A DNA stretch of 63,195 nucleotides, filler included, from Octopus bimaculoides (GCF_001194135.2; 5 parts of 5 records of this genome joined end to end with filler, not necessarily neighbours in it); one strand, 5' to 3'. Shown: positions 45,061-60,789, numbered from the whole stretch's first letter. Translations and numbers: made by a program. The notes: generated by a model from the sequence alone, not told the origin.

Positions 45061-48000
45061 AGGGAAAATGAGTATAGTGGTTAGCAATCTAACATGGCGA
45101 ATATATATATATATATATATATATAAAATCAAAACATAGATGGAACAAGAACGTAACAGGCGACAACAAAACATTCAGACAGTAGGTGATACAAATAAGG
45201 ACAGGAAAAAACAAGGACGGGACATTCGGAGCTTTCAAACTTCAGTCGAGAAGCAGACTGTCTTTGCAGTTTCGGCCGTCGCAAATCCACTCACAAAGCA
45301 TTGACCGGTCCACTCCTTAATAGAAGACACTTGTTACAGTGATATTCTAATACTGAACGCAAAACCACGTTGTTGCATAATAATCTTCTTAGCTTCACAG
45401 AGATGTCTGCGCCTTGATAAATTTCTTCAAGCGATCTAACTAAACTGATCTCACATTATCTGGTTGGGTAATATCTTAACCATCTCACAACTGCGAGTCA
45501 CGGATGCAAATATAAAACACTCCCGTTGGTTGGATTTGAACTCAGGATGCCAAGCCAATGAAACACTCGTTAATCAACAGAGTTCATACAACGAGGTGTC
45601 CATTGATACGTAGGTGAGAGAGATGCTGAAAGTTGTATATTATGTTTTAGTGGCACAGAACAATGCCGATAAGGAAGTAGACATACAAGAACCAGGTCAA
45701 TCGGAGAATTTGAAACCTTCAACGAAAATTAAAGAAAAGATTGCGTATTATTTAATATCGTTCCTGTTGGTTAAAGCCGGTGAGACGGCGGAATCGTTAG
45801 CACGTCGGTCAAAATGTTTAACGGTATTTCTTTATTTTCTGAGTTCAAGATCGCGCTGATTATCGGGGTCGATAAAAGGAAATATCTGTCAAGTACTGAG
45901 TTTGGTGTAATCGACTTGCCCCTCCCCTCAGAACTAAGGACCTTAAAGAAGAACATTATGATACTGGTCGTTTATACGCCATGGAAACCAAATAAGCAGC
46001 CTTGTAATCCCAAAGACTAAAAAAAGAAAAAGAGAAAAGCAAGAAAAACTAATTCTGCTTATCTTTCTAGCAGAATCGTTAGGAAGTTAGACTAAATGCT
46101 TAGCTGCAATTCTTCCAGATCCTTACGATCTAAGTTCAAATGCCACTAAAGTCAACCTTACCTGCATTCCTTCGAGATCGAGAAGGTAAACTATTAGTGA
46201 AATACGAGAGCTGATATAATCGACTTGCTCTTTTTCATAGAAATTGCTGGCCTTAAACCTTGCAACAGACCGGCATCGCATTCAAGGGAAATGTTGTGAC
46301 CGATCTTGTTAGTCTTAAAGTTCAAGAAAATATTCTTTTTAATTTCAGGTTGCTTATATTTCTAGCATAATGGCTGGCACCTAGGACTAAATGCTTAGCG
46401 GTATCCCTTCCGGTTCTTTATATTTAAGATAGAATCTGCCAAGGTCAACTTTGTCTTTCATCTTTTCGAGGTCGATAAAATACAGACAAGTTCAGTTCAC
46501 GTACTGATGTAAGATCGATGTATGAGACTTGTTTCGACCCACAAAATTGCTGGCCTAAAAGTCTGCAACGGAACGGCATCCCTTTCAGGGAAAATGCTGT
46601 GATCTCAGTCGCTTGTACAGCATGGAAAATCAGGTGAACAGCCTTAATGTGAAGGCGCATGGCTTAGTTGTTGGGGTTTTCGGTTCATGATCGTTATGTC
46701 GTAAGTTCGATTCCCGGCGGCGCGTTGTATTCTTGAGCAAGACAGTTTATATCACCTTGCTCTAGTCCATCCAGTCAACAAAAATGAATTATACGTGTAA
46801 TTCAAAGGGTCGGTCTTGTCACATTCTCAGTCACGCTGAATCTTCGTGAGAATCACGTTAAGTTCACGCGTGTCTGTGGAGTGCTCAGCCACTTAGAAGT
46901 TAATTTCAGGAGCAGGCTGTTCTATTCCTTGAATCAATAGGAACCCACGTCGTCGTAAATCTATGGAATGCCAGTTACCAGCCTTATGAATCCTAGAATT
47001 ATAAATAATAAATAAATAAAAATTCAGGCTGAATATATTTCTCAGCAGCGTTCACATACGTTATTTAATTTCAGTTTTATTAATTAAACCGCAATTATCA
47101 CAACGCAATTCTGACAGCTGAAAACGAAGCGACAAATGTATCATGGCGTACTCGAAGTATTTCGCCTCTCCATTTCATTAATCTTCTTTCTTTTCAGAAT
47201 TCGTGTGTTATTTTTATGTTGTTATTGTTTCAACGTATTTGAAGTATATCAGCAATAGCCGAGTAATTATTGAATTTTGTTCACACCTCAGTTAATGGCT
47301 AATTGAGTGTTTTCAATCACGTTGTATGAAATGTATTTATTTAGTGAAGCACAACACAGCATATTTGTGATTAAATTTGTAAATAGAATAACAATGGCTT
47401 GCTCAATAAACACATGCGTAGACTTGCTGTGGAAGGAGAACTTCGTCGTGGTTAAACGACAGAAATTTCAGCACCTAGGGAGAAAAATCGAGTTGACTTT
47501 TGATCCCTATCACTGAACCTACTGTTGACAACCCTCTGTATTACCTGCGGGATACATTTTTGCAGTGATATAATAAAAATGTGTTTCATAAACATACGAC
47601 GGTAAATCAGTTTGGAAATTTAATGATATACGTATTGTCACTGGACAATTCATATTCTCATAGATAATGTTGTAAAATGTCTATTAGCTTTACGATGTCC
47701 AGCTATGTCTTATACCGAGCATGATCGAACCAGAGAGTCAATGCTAGAGCCTTTACATGCTAATTGGTTTTACTAGCAATGACAGTCAAGTTTCCATGAA
47801 ATTACACCATATTATCTGAAAAGAAACACTTTAGATATTGTAGTATTGGATATTGTTGTTGTTGGCACTCCGTCGCTTACGACGTCGAGGGTTCCAGTTA
47901 ATCCAATCAACGGAACAGCCTGGTCATGAGATTAACGTGCGAGTGGCTGAGCACGCCACAGACACGTGTGCCCTTAACGTAGTTCTCGGGGATATTCTGT

Positions 48001-51000
48001 GTGACAAGACAGGCCCTTTGAATTACAGGCAAAACAGAAAGAGGAAGTAAGAGTGAGAGAAAGTTGTGGGGAAAGAGTACAGCAGGGTTCACCACCATCC
48101 CCTACCGGAGCCTCGCGGGGCTTTAGGTGTTTTTGCTCAATAAACACTCACAACGCTCGGTCTGGGAATCGAAACCGCGATCCTATGACCGCGAGTCCGC
48201 TGCCCTAACCACTGGGCAATTGCGCCTCAACAGTATTGGATAGTATAGCATGTAAAAAAAACAAAGAGCTGAGGGCAACGGCCTGAACGCTCTTTGATCA
48301 TAGATCTGTTCAATTAGCACTTACTTCAGGCTACACCAGAAATACATCAACAACTGCAATCGAGCATAGACGAGAGTAGCGAGTTGCAAAATATTTCGGG
48401 CAGTTTTTTATAAATAGGTTTTGAAATAATCAATTGTTATTGCAACTGCTTTTAGGATTGTAAATGATCAAGACGGTGGAATAGTAGTAGCAAACAAACC
48501 GAGTCACCGGTAACACATTTTCACCCTGGACCGTCCTCTGTCTAAATCCATGAAACTTAAGTACCAAAATACAATTTGATTTTTAAGCATTAAGTTGATA
48601 CTACAGTTCTATCTTTCAATCATTTCAAGTTGCAAAAACTGAAAAAAACAAGGAGCGTTTCTATGGATCCTTAGGATTGGAGGAAAGAATAAGATGGTCT
48701 TTCAAGTATGTCAAAACTATTAAATTGCAGTATCTAGGAACGGCTACAGGTATTGCTTTTTATTCACTCACAGAGGGGCATCGATAGCACTAGTCATCTG
48801 CCATTTCCACTCGCTTACACTCCCCTCACTTCTCTTTGCATAAGATTTTATTCAATCCACCAAACTTTCCATTAGACCCTATTACCGATAATTTCTTACC
48901 AGAGCATCGACATTCTCGAATATTACCAACCTGACCCTTTTGTCCGTGCAGTCGCAGATTCGGTTGGTTTAAACAGAAAACTGATCTTGAAGGGCCTAGG
49001 AATGCTAAGCATACAATCCTTCCATCCAGGCCACACAAATGATAAAATACCTCATTTACGGAAACACAGCGTAAGTCAAAAGTGAAATAAATTCAAGCAT
49101 TACAAAGCGTCACTGTGAGATTGAATAAAAATCTAAGCAAATTTTTTCCTATGCGACTGTTGCNNNNNNNNNNNNNNNNNNNNNNNNNNNNNNNNNNNNN
49201 NNNNNNNNNNNNNNNNNNNNNNNNNNNNNNNNNNNNNNNNNNNNNNNNNNNNNNNNNNNNNNNNNNNNNNNNNNNNNNNNNNNNNNNNNNNNNNNNNNNN
49301 NNNNNNNNNNNNNNNNNNNNNNNNNNNNNNNNNNNNNNNNNNNNNNNNNNNNNNNNNNNNNNNNNNNNNNNNNNNNNNNNNNNNNATATGTATATATATA
49401 TATGGCTATGTGGTTAAGAAGCTTAGTTTGTAACTATGTAGTCTCATGGTTCAGTCCACTGCACAGTACCTGAAGGAAGTGTTTTCTACTATGGCCCCAG
49501 GCCGGCCACCACCTTGTGAATGAATATGGTAGATGGAAACTTCATGGGGGTCCGTTGTATATATGAGTATATTTGCGTGTTAATGTGTTTTCTGTTTGTG
49601 CTTGTCCTTCCAACGCTTGATGAGCGGTGTTGATTTGTTTACGTGCCCGTAACTTAGCAGTTTGGCAAAAAGAGACGAATTAATACCAAGATTATAAGAA
49701 ATTAGTACTGGGGTTGATGTGTTCGACTAATCCCTTTAAATCGGTGTCTCATCCAGCATGGCTGCAGTCCAATGACTAAAACGAGTAAAAGAAAGATCAA
49801 AGATATATAAACATACGCATACACTTGCATATATTCGTACAGTGTAGGCATATGTACGTGAAGGTGCATGACTCAGTGGTTAAAGCGTCGGACTCACAAT
49901 CATGAGGTAGTGAGTTCGATTCCCAGACGGGGATGTGTTATTTTCTTGAGCAAGACACTTTATTTCACGTTTCTCCAGTTCACTCAGCTGTAAAAATGAG
50001 TTGTGACGTCAATGATGCCAAGCTGTATCGGCCTTTGCCCTTCCCTTGGATGACATTGGTGGCGTGGAGAGGGGAGGCTAGTATACATGGGCAACTGCTG
50101 GTCTTCCTTAAACAACCTTGTCCGGACTTGTGGCTCTAAGGGGAACTTTCTAGGTGCAATATCACGGCCATTCATGACCGAAGGAAGTCGTTACCCTAGG
50201 CATATGTACGTTTTCATATTGTTAATGCTGTCGTTCTTTCTCTTGACGTCACTGTTGTTCCTGTTTTACCCAGATATTTTTATGATCCAACATGAATAAA
50301 CTATTACCAACAGTATTCTAGTCGTGACTGCTGTCTTTTTTTCTTTTTTCTTTTTTTGTCTAGGCTGAGTGTAAGCGACGACAATGAGTTTGACTTTGTC
50401 TTTTATCCTCTTAGATTTAATAAATTAATCATTTACGACAAAGCATGCCCAGCATATTGAGCAAGACGGGAATATTTCGTTTAATTTGGTGACAGCCATC
50501 TGGCTGTTTCAGAGCTGCGTGACTACTTACACGCATCATCGGCTTTTTGTATTTTTAGCTGCTATTTATTTTATGGACAAAAGATTACAAAAAAATAAAA
50601 AGCTATCCTAAACCAACGTTGGTGTGATTTTCAGCTACAATAAATAATCAATGGGCAAGGCTACATCTTGTTTAACATTAAACCTCATAATGTTTGGTAC
50701 TTTCCTGTGTATACAGGCGTGTATACAGGTACGTATACATATGTATGCACACACACACACTCACTGCGAACACATGTATATATAAGTGTGTATATATATA
50801 TGTATATATCCTTTTTTATCTTTTTACTTGCGGCCATGCTGGGTCACTGCCTTTCAACGATTTTTAGTTGAAGGAAGCGGTCCCGGTAAAACTGGTACAT
50901 AAACACAACAGTTGTCAAACGGTAATGGGGGACCAAACACAGACACAGAGAAACACAGACACGCACACACGCGCGCGCGCGCGTATTTATAAATATATAT

Positions 51001-51219
51001 ATTCGAGATAGGCCTCTTTCATTTTCCGTTCACCAAATCAACTCATAAGGCTTGGTCGGTCCGAGGCTGTAGCAGAAGACACTTGCCCAAGGTTCCACGC
51101 ATGGTGACTGAACCCGGAAGTACATGATTGGGAAGCGAGCTGCTTATCACACAGCCATCACTGTGCTTGTACCCCCCCCATATATATGTGCGTGTGTGAG
51201 TGTGTGTATGTGTGTGTGT

Positions 51220-51256
<37 letters not shown>

Positions 51257-52591
51257 TGTGTGTAGGACATATCATACTAGCATTGAGAAGTCAAATGCAG
51301 CCCGACTACACGCTGGATTTCAAAGTATGCCACGGTTATGGAATTAACCCATTGCAGATCAGGAATTGGACATCTTCACACAAAATATTCAAAGTATTGT
51401 ACTCAGAGTACTGTATGTAAACGTTCCACGTATGTATAATGCTTTAAATGTATTCCTGTCTTTCAATGATACTGAGGTCTATTGATTTCGTTGTTGCTCA
51501 TTTGGTATATATGCCCGCGCTCGGCTGTGTGTGCGCGTGTGAATATATGTCTAAATGGATATATAGACAGATAGATAGATGTATGTATACATATATATGC
51601 ACATATGTATGTCTTTATGTATATATATATATATGTGTATATATAGTTGAAAAATTTAATACTGACAAGTACACATGGACTCCTGCACACACATATACAT
51701 ACATTATACACACATAGCCCCCACGCAAAGAACAAGATAGAAATAAGCCGACGATATTTTTTCATCAGCTGCTGATTATGAATCAATGTAGTTTCGACGC
51801 ATTAGTCAACACCGCTACACGATTGCCACAGCGCGCTTGAGTTATAGATGTNNNNNNNNNNNNNNNNNNNNNNNNNNNNNNNNNNNNNNNNNNNNNNNNN
51901 NNNNNNNNNNNNNNNNNNNNNNNNNNNNNNNNNNNNNNNNNNNNNNNNNNNNNNNNNNNNNNNNNNNNNNNNNNNNNNNNNNNNNNNNNNNNNNNNNNNN
52001 NNNNNNNNNNNNNNNNNNNNNNNNNNNNNNNNNNNNNNNNNNNNNNNNNNNNNNNNNNNNNNNNNNNNNNNNNNNNNNNNNNNNNNNNNNNNNNNNNNNN
52101 NNNNNNNNNNNNNNNNNNNNNNNNNNNNNNNNNNNNNNNNNNNNNNNNNNNNNNNNNNNNNNNNNNNNNNNNNNNNNNNNNNNNNNNNNNNNNNNNNNNN
52201 NNNNNNNNNNNNNNNNNNNNNNNNNNNNNNNNNNNNNNNNNNNNNNNNNNNNNNNNNNNNNNNNNNNNNNNNNNNNNNNNNNNNNNNNNNNNNNNNNNNN
52301 NNNNNNNNNNNNNNNNNNNNNNNNNNNNNNNNNNNNNNNNNNNNNNNNNNNNNNNNNNNNNNNNNNNNNNNNNNNNNNNNNNNNNNNNNNNNNNNNNNNN
52401 NNNNNNNNNNNNNNNNNNNNNNNNNNNNNNNNNNNNNNNNNNNNNNNNNNNNNNNNNNNNNNNNNNNNNNNNNNNNNNNNNNNNNNNNNNNNNNNNNNNN
52501 NNNNNNNNNNNNNNNNNNNNNNNNNNNNNNNNNNNNNNNNNNNNNNNNNNNNNNNNNNNNNNNNNNNNNNNNNNNNNNNNNNNNNNNNNNN

Positions 52592-52651
<60 letters not shown>

Positions 52652-52811
52652 CTGGCTTCTTTCAGTTTTTGTCTACCAAATCCACTCACAAGTCTTTGGT
52701 CGGCCCGACACTATAGTTGAAGACACTTGCTGAAGATACTACGCAGTGGGACTGAACCCGGAACCATGTGACTAATAAGCAAGCTTCTTACCACACAGCC
52801 ACATATATTAG

Positions 52812-52995
52812 TGTTGTGGAACCCACTTCATGGTGATGTGTCAGAAGAGGTGAAACGTTGTCACACTTACATCGACAACCTGATTGCAGACACTGGCCTG
52901 GAATGTATCCGGGACCTCGAGGTAGTGATGATGAACCGAGAAGTGTAACGGGTGGACTTTGTGGCTTCGGCTCGGGCTGGAACCCGGCCATAACA
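52812..52995 (+). mobile_element. RTE-like LINE 3' fragment
   Basis: VLWNPLHG...TYIDNLIADTGLECIRDLEVVMMNREV resembles the RTE ORF C-terminus; short (AAT)n tail. Confidence 0.55.
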
Positions 52996-55069
52996 ATAAT
53001 AATTATGTTCCATTAAATATTTCGATTTACTATAATTACGAAGTACTTCCCTATTTTGTTGATGTTAACACCTGTAATCCCTCGCTCTCTTTCTTTCTAT
53101 ATATACGTGTATATATATATATATNNNNNNNNNNNNNNNNNNNNNNNNNNNNNNNNNNNNNNNNNNNNTTAATTAATTAANNNNNNNNNNNNNNNNNNNN
53201 NNNNNNNNNNNNNNNNNNNNNNNNTATATATATATATGAGGATAATTAACTGATTGCTTATCTATACTCTAATCTTCGTTCAGTCTCCTTTGAGCTCCTG
53301 AATCTTTCCATGTTTTTTTTTTTTTTCTAATATACACCGTGATTTCTAGTACAACGTCGACATTTCTAATAACCTTTTCTACCATCGGCACAAGGCCTGA
53401 AATTTGGTGGGAAGCGGGGCTAATCGATTACATCTACCCCAGTGCGTGACGACTGTGGAATTATGGACATCTTGAAAAATTCCAAAATGCTTTCCGTTTT
53501 CTTCTAGCATAGAATTATAGTCAGACTCATCAGTTGAATTCCTCTTTGGTGCCATTTGTTCGTTTCTTAAAAAATTATAAAAATAAAAGAAGAATACCAA
53601 AGAATACCAAAAGGAAAACACTGTAACAATGTCATCAATTGTGTGTGAAATATTAACGGATACGGTCAAAGACATGGTATCTTGCATCTGACAGGATACA
53701 TACAGATTTAAAAATCAGGCCTACTGTCTTAATTTTAAGCACTTAACAACCTGTAGATACCCGTATGACATATGTTATATTTTGTTGGCATCATGTCATT
53801 CATGACGTCAGCATTTTATTCTGACAAGATAATTAACTAACAGATGGTACTAATGACAAAACAGAATAATTGTGCCTACATGCATATATTTTTGGGGGGT
53901 TATTTTGCTTTTGCAGAACTTAATAATTTCACATTTGCATGCAACTACGAAATAAATAAAGTTTTAATTACACGTTATTTGTGCCAAAAGAGTAATCTAA
54001 ACAAAACATTGGTTCTATATCAGTCATGAGCAAACTGCCGCCCACGGGACTTTCTAAATGGCACGCCTAACAAAAAATTATCTTGAATCTTTTCATTAGT
54101 GCGGCCCACCTGATGACGAGCCATGTTTGATGCAGCTTCCCGTAAGTGGTTGCCCGAGTCTGTTTTAAATCATACCATTTCATTATTGTACAAAAGGTGT
54201 CTGAGGCCACTGCACATTTCAGATTGATCTAAGCACATTTTGGGAACACAAGAGCGACCTCTGTTGGCGTCATTTCCATTTTTATTATTTGATTAAAAGG
54301 TGAGTTACAGAGAAAAATGTTTGCTGCGTAAAATGGATTTCGTTGTTGTCTATCGATAAAGTGAATTTTCGAAGAAAACGAGAAGCAGCTGTGATGGTTT
54401 TATATGCTGAAATACTGCTCATAAAACTATCTTGGTACAGAAAGGGACAGATATATGGTTACTGTTAAGTTAACAGAGATCTTCTTTGGCAAGGAAACAT
54501 AAATGTCAGTGAGATCTTTTCAAGGCTGTACGATTTCACGGAAGCCTCATTCGGTATCCGATCATCATTTTGCATTCTTTGAAACGTTGGATCAAAATAT
54601 ATAACCAGTCGGTTAATGTCCATGAGTGACATCTTCTGGGTATTATAAGCAGTGTTTCTCTCCTGATAGAACATCAGTACAGCTATGTTTGAGTCATTTA
54701 GTGATCTCTAGTTTCTATACTTTAGTTGTTTTTTGTTATGTGAGCGGTAAGAGATGAGGAAGGACATATCTAGTACTTTTCTCTCGGTTACATGCTTTAT
54801 TGCCAATGGTAATAATGGGCGTAGAACTGGCGGAATTTCAACCGAGTAGATTGTGGTAACATGGTAAACGTTGAATCTAATGTATAGATTAGAGGGAGAG
54901 CCGATGGTATCTGAAGCAGATGAATGGAATATGTAATGGTCTACACACAAGCATCTAACTACCATATTTAATACACAGCTCGCTTAATAGTTTAGTAACC
55001 TGTATTTCTGTATTGTAATGTGCAACCATCCACTGTATTTAGCGATTGATCTATCTATGTATAAATGTA

Positions 55070-55099
55070 TGTGTGTATGTATGTATGTATGTATGTATG

Positions 55100-55188
<89 letters not shown>

Positions 55189-55493
55189 GCGCACATATTC
55201 ATATATGTATGCATGCATGCTAGCATGTATGTATATAAATGCGTGTACATGTGTCTGCGCGTGTGTGTATGTGCCTGTCAAATGTAAGTAGATGCCTATA
55301 TATGTATATCTATATACATGTGTGCGTGTGTGAGTGCGTCTGTGTGTGTGTCTGTGTGTTGCGTGTGTGTGTGTGTGTATGTGTGTGTGTGTGTGTCTTC
55401 TGTTTGTGTATCTGTGCCACTATGTCTATCTACCTCTCTATCTCGCAACAACGACCACAACAACCACACACACTCAAACGTACTCACACCCTT

Positions 55494-55531
<38 letters not shown>

Positions 55532-55560
55532 ACACACAGGGATACAACATACAAGGATAT
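55070..55560. repeat. Compound microsatellites (TATG)n/(TA)n/(TG)n/(CA)n
   Basis: Direct reading; similar blocks at 15820-16050, 42196-42700, 42990-43620, 60230-60780. Confidence 0.95.
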
Positions 55561-55916
55561 AAACATAGGCGCAGAAATAAAGTGGAAAGCCAGAAGATGT
55601 ATGCTTTAGAATCATTAAGTCAAAGCGGGAGTCTATGTATGTATCCCCCAAAATTGACCTATTTCTCAGCGCGGAACATTTCACACATATTGAGATTAAA
55701 ACTAGACCTCCACCTTTAACGGGATAACATTTCTAACATAATATTATTTTGACTCTGGAACAGAAACATGGCGAGAATACTACATCCTCTTATAGTCCTT
55801 TGCCTCTCAACGTACGTATAAACACACGTATGTATGTATGTATGTATGTATGTATGTATGTATGTAGATACATGCAGTAAATACAGAGACAGACAGAGAG
55901 AGATTCGCACGAACGC

Positions 55917-55969
<53 letters not shown>

Positions 55970-56229
55970 NNNNNNNNNNNNNNNNNNNNNNNNNNNNNNN
56001 NNNNNNNNNNNNNNNNNNNNNNNNNNNNNNNNNNNNNNNNNNNNNNNNNNNNNNNNNNNNNNNNNNNNNNNNNNNNNNNNNNNNNNNNNNNNNNNNNNNN
56101 NNNNNNNNNNNNNNNNNNNNNNNNNNNNNNNNNNNNNNNNNNNNNNNNNNNNNNNNNNNNNNNNNNNNNNNNNNNNNNNNNNNNNNNNNNNNNNNNNNNN
56201 NNNNNNNNNNNNNNNNNNNNCACGAACGC

Positions 56230-56273
<44 letters not shown>

Positions 56274-57016
56274 GGGAGAATTTACGAAAAAAACAGCAAC
56301 AGACAAGGACAGGTGGTGTAAACAACAAAAGGATGTATTAGTTTAACGTTCGGGAATAGAGAAAGTCTTTAAGGTTTCGAGCTACGCTCTTCAACAGAAA
56401 TAATAAGGAGAAAAACAAGGAGAAAAACACGGAGAAAAAAAATTGAATGTTGTGGTCAGCGATATAAAGATATATGTGCCTTCGTTCGAATCTTGTGACA
56501 AATAAATGAAGCTAACTTCAATATTTTAAGAAGTTAAACATTTCTAATTCAATAGAAAATAGTTTATACTTTTAAAAGGCTTTCTTGAGTTTTTTTCATT
56601 CATCCTAGAACGTTAACTGCACAGCAATAAAGATAAGTAAGAGAGAGAGGGGGGGGACTTCATACATGCTGATAAATATTTTCAGGGCAAAACTGCAAAA
56701 CTGCTTTGCAGCTACGTTCGTCATGTAGTTACAATTAATGTCATCTCTACCAAAAAATGTCTTATTCTCTTCTAGACTTTTCATACCCCAGGCGAAAATA
56801 ATATCCAGAAGGCATTCTCTCGCAGTCACCAATAATCTGGTTGATGTTCTCAGTTCTAGCATTGCACAGCCTATATTTACAGTCCGTCGATGCTTTCTAC
56901 CTTTAATGCTGTAGGTACATTGTGGGGGATGTCTTAATCTTGAACTGCATGGCGATAGCTTTCAAAGAAGGATGTCAGAAATTCATCAGCACTCCATACC
57001 AAGCTTTTGATACGAG

Positions 57017-57047
<31 letters not shown>

Positions 57048-57785
57048 TGTATCTTCTATTTTTTTCATTATTATAAATCTTCCACTGATGGGGGAGCCAG
57101 TTTCCAACAAAGATACAAGACTCCATCTTTGGGATGTAGTTAACACTGACAAATTCACATTTGGAACTTGAGAGAGGTCGTGTAAGAAGAACCAATTGCA
57201 GTACTCGACTAGTGTTTTATTCATCGGCTGCAAAAAAAAAAGAAAAAAAAAAAGAAAGAAAGAGAATTTCGTTGCCGATAGGGTTTGAACTCAAAGTGCA
57301 GAGAGTCAAGGCAAATACCGCGAGGCTTTTCTATCCGACACTCTAACGACTCTGCCAATTCGCCAGTATAAAAATTGATACTGCCTGTACGTGAAGGGAT
57401 GATAATGGATTTAAGTGCCGCAAGACATTTTGTTCGACGCTCCATAAATTCTATCAATGCTGGGCCATTGTTTGTATAGGTAATTTCCTCCGTATATTAA
57501 CCTCAGTACCCATATAGGAGATAAGCCTGAAGAATTATGTTTGATCACTATAAGCTATCAATCATAGCTGTTTTCTAATATACTCAGCAAAAGTTATACT
57601 GAAATGGAAAGAGGGAATGAAGTCTTTGTAATAAAATATATTTGTCTTAGAAGAGACAATCTTTTATCTTTCATTCTTTGAATTGTTTCAGTTATTAGAC
57701 TGCGACCATGCTGGGGCACCGCCTTGAAGGATTCATTTATAGGGGCAACACTTCTTGGGAAATCTCACTCTAACTATACCACCTT

Positions 57786-57863
<78 letters not shown>

Positions 57864-60239
57864 CTATATATATATATATGGTTTCATATATATATATATA
57901 TATATCGGCTGTAGTAAAACATTGAGAGATTCAAAACGACCGACATACATTGTGTCCCAACGGTGCTCTCATGATTCCAGGCTTGCTTTTNNNNNNNNNN
58001 TGCTTTTGTCTAACTTTGAGCTAAACAACAAACAAATAATGGCTGTACACGTAGTAAGTCAATCGGCTTGAGTCGGCCACCTTCGATTCTTCATTTAAAT
58101 CTAAATCGTGGCACTCCGTCGCTTACGACGACGAGGACTCCACTTGATCCGATCAACGGAACAGCCTGCTCGTGAAATTAACGTGCAAGTAGCTGAGCAC
58201 TCCACAGACACGTGTACCCTTAACGTGGTTCTCGGGGAGATTCAACATGACACAGAGTGTGACAAGGCTGACCCTTTGAAATACAGGTACAACAGAAACA
58301 GGAAGAAAGAGTGAGAGAAAGTTGTGGTGAAAGAGTACAGCGGGGTTCGCCACCACCCCTTGCCGGAGCCGCGAGGAGATTTAGGTGTTTTCGTTTAATA
58401 AGAACTCACAACGCCCGGTCTGAGAATCGAAACTGCGTTCCTACGACCGCGAGTCCGCTGCCCGAGCCACTGGGCCATAGCGCCTCCACTAAGTCTAAAT
58501 AATGACATAATGTAAACATATATTCACATCAGTACCACAGCTGCGATACCACCGCCATTGATACCACCAGGATATGACAACTGCTTCCCCGCCTCCCCGC
58601 ACAAGAAAAAGAATAAATTTGTTAGTGAAAAACTAGAGAAACATCTGTCATTATGGCACCAATATTTTTCCTGGTACTTCTCACGTTCTCAAGAAACCAT
58701 AAAGAATTGATGATGCATTTGATGAACACGTGACCTTTTAGCTCACATAGCGATCTGTTTGTCAATTACGAAAGTAACACCTTCAGAAATATGACAGTCA
58801 AAACAAATTCATAAATAAAAGACAAATAAAACAATATAAACAATATGAAAAACAAATGATTTAAAATTTGGCCGAGGTAAAAGCGTGGTTGTGTGTTTAA
58901 GAAGAGGGTCATTTTACAACCATGAAAAGTCGGGTTCAGTCCCACTTCACAGTACTTTGAGCAAGTGTTTTTTTACTGTAGCCCCCGACCAACCAAAGCC
59001 TTTGGAGTGGATTTCATAGACGGAAACTGAAATTCTGTCGTGTGTGTGTGTGTGTGTGTATATATAATATATATATATATATATTGGAAGGTTTGGAGGT
59101 GAAGGTACTCAGAAATATATATATATATATANNNNNNNNNNTAGACGAGAAAACACACAAGCCACATAGAGAACATTCTACTTCATCAGCTACCCCCGTT
59201 TTATATATATATAAGGCGCTTGGCTGAGTGGTTAGGGCATTCGGCTGACGATCGTAAGGTCGTGAGTTCAATTTCCCGGCGACGGGTTGTGTCCTTGAGC
59301 AAGACGCTTTATTTTCACGTTGCTCCTGTCCACCCACCTGGCAAAAATGAGTAGTACCTGTATTTCGAAGGGCCAGCCTTGTCACACTGAACGTTCATTT
59401 CTCGACCAAGCTGTTCCGTATCAGCTGGGACCCTCGTCGTTGTAACCGACGGAGTGCTCCTATATATATGTGTGTGAGTGTGTCATTGTGTCTTTGTTTG
59501 CAGTACCCCACCGCTTGACAACTGGTGTTAGTTTATTTACGTCCGCGTAACTCAATGGTTCAGCGTAAGATGGTATAAGTAACAGCCCTGAAACAAAACG
59601 ATTATGATGACGACGACGATAATTTTGCGAAGGAAGATTGTTGTGGTGGTGGTGGTGATGGTGGTGGTGGTCGTGGTGGTCGTGGTGGTGGTGGTCGTCG
59701 TCGTAGCGTTGGCGGTGGCAGTGGTGGTGGTGGTGGCAGTGATGGTGGTGGTGGTAGCGGCGGCGGCGGCGGCGGTTGTGCAAGATATTAAGAGATAATA
59801 CAGAGAATTTTGGGCTGGGTTTTTTTTTGTTTTATTTTGCTTTGTTTTTGTTTCTTTTTGTATTTCTTTTAATGTATGAACGCATTAAATCTGAACAACT
59901 TGGGGTCAAGTGAACTATTAACAAGAAACCCCATTTTTTTTTTCAGATGAGGTGTGGTGGAGGCGGGAAATGCTTCTTATTTTTCTACGACTTCTTTTTC
60001 CCAACGATTACAGCAGTTGAGGGTAGTGTTGAGCAATCTTGAGTGGTGTGTCACATCTATCTATGCTGGAGAGCAAATTTCCATAGCAACGAAATTTGAC
60101 GACAATAATATCAAACAGCAAGGCAACTAAAGAAAGCCATTTAAACAACACCATATACGCGTCCATACGCACAGATCGCATAGATACACACGCACGCATG
60201 CACTCACACACATGCATTCAAATACATAGACATGGATAT

Positions 60240-60273
<34 letters not shown>

Positions 60274-60277
60274 ATAT

Positions 60278-60336
<59 letters not shown>

Positions 60337-60364
60337 GGCAGATAGACAGACAAATAGATAAAAG

Positions 60365-60406
<42 letters not shown>

Positions 60407-60476
60407 CAGACATGGTATATACTCTGCCAAAATGTGAAACCATTATCATTATTATTATTACATAATATGGACGCAT

Positions 60477-60510
<34 letters not shown>

Positions 60511-60711
60511 CACACACACACACACACACATACATACATACATACATNNNNNNNNNNNNNNNNNNNNNNNNNNNNNNNNNNNNNNNNNNNNTTAATTAAT
60601 TAANNNNNNNNNNNNNNNNNNNNNNNNNNNNNNNNNNNNNNNNNNNNATATATAAATCAGATGTATATATAAATCAGATATACATATATAAAAGATTATC
60701 TATCTATCTAT

Positions 60712-60779
<68 letters not shown>

Positions 60780-60789
60780 GTAATATATA

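Noticed and set aside
45215-45285. Penelope-like remnant with CUGAAG and CCGAAAC on the minus strand
   Set aside because: Too degenerate to build stems; possibly a dead ribozyme but unsupported
52835-52870. GAAACGTTGTCAC resembling a hammerhead 3' half
   Set aside because: No CUGANGA core; explained as RTE coding relic
53450-54700. Possible piggyBac-like transposase debris on the minus strand
   Set aside because: Only vague similarity; no catalytic motif or TTAA-flanked TIR identified
55909-56273. CACGAACGCATATAT... repeated on both sides of gap 55970-56220
   Set aside because: Either an unmerged contig overlap or a collapsed minisatellite; not informative
54984-56346. YI/CV/HT/SL-repeat ORFs here and elsewhere
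   Set aside because: Translations of dinucleotide and tetranucleotide microsatellites
56605-56900. ENINQIIGDC, similar to the R4 CCHC region
   Set aside because: Single short match; cannot be supported without a search
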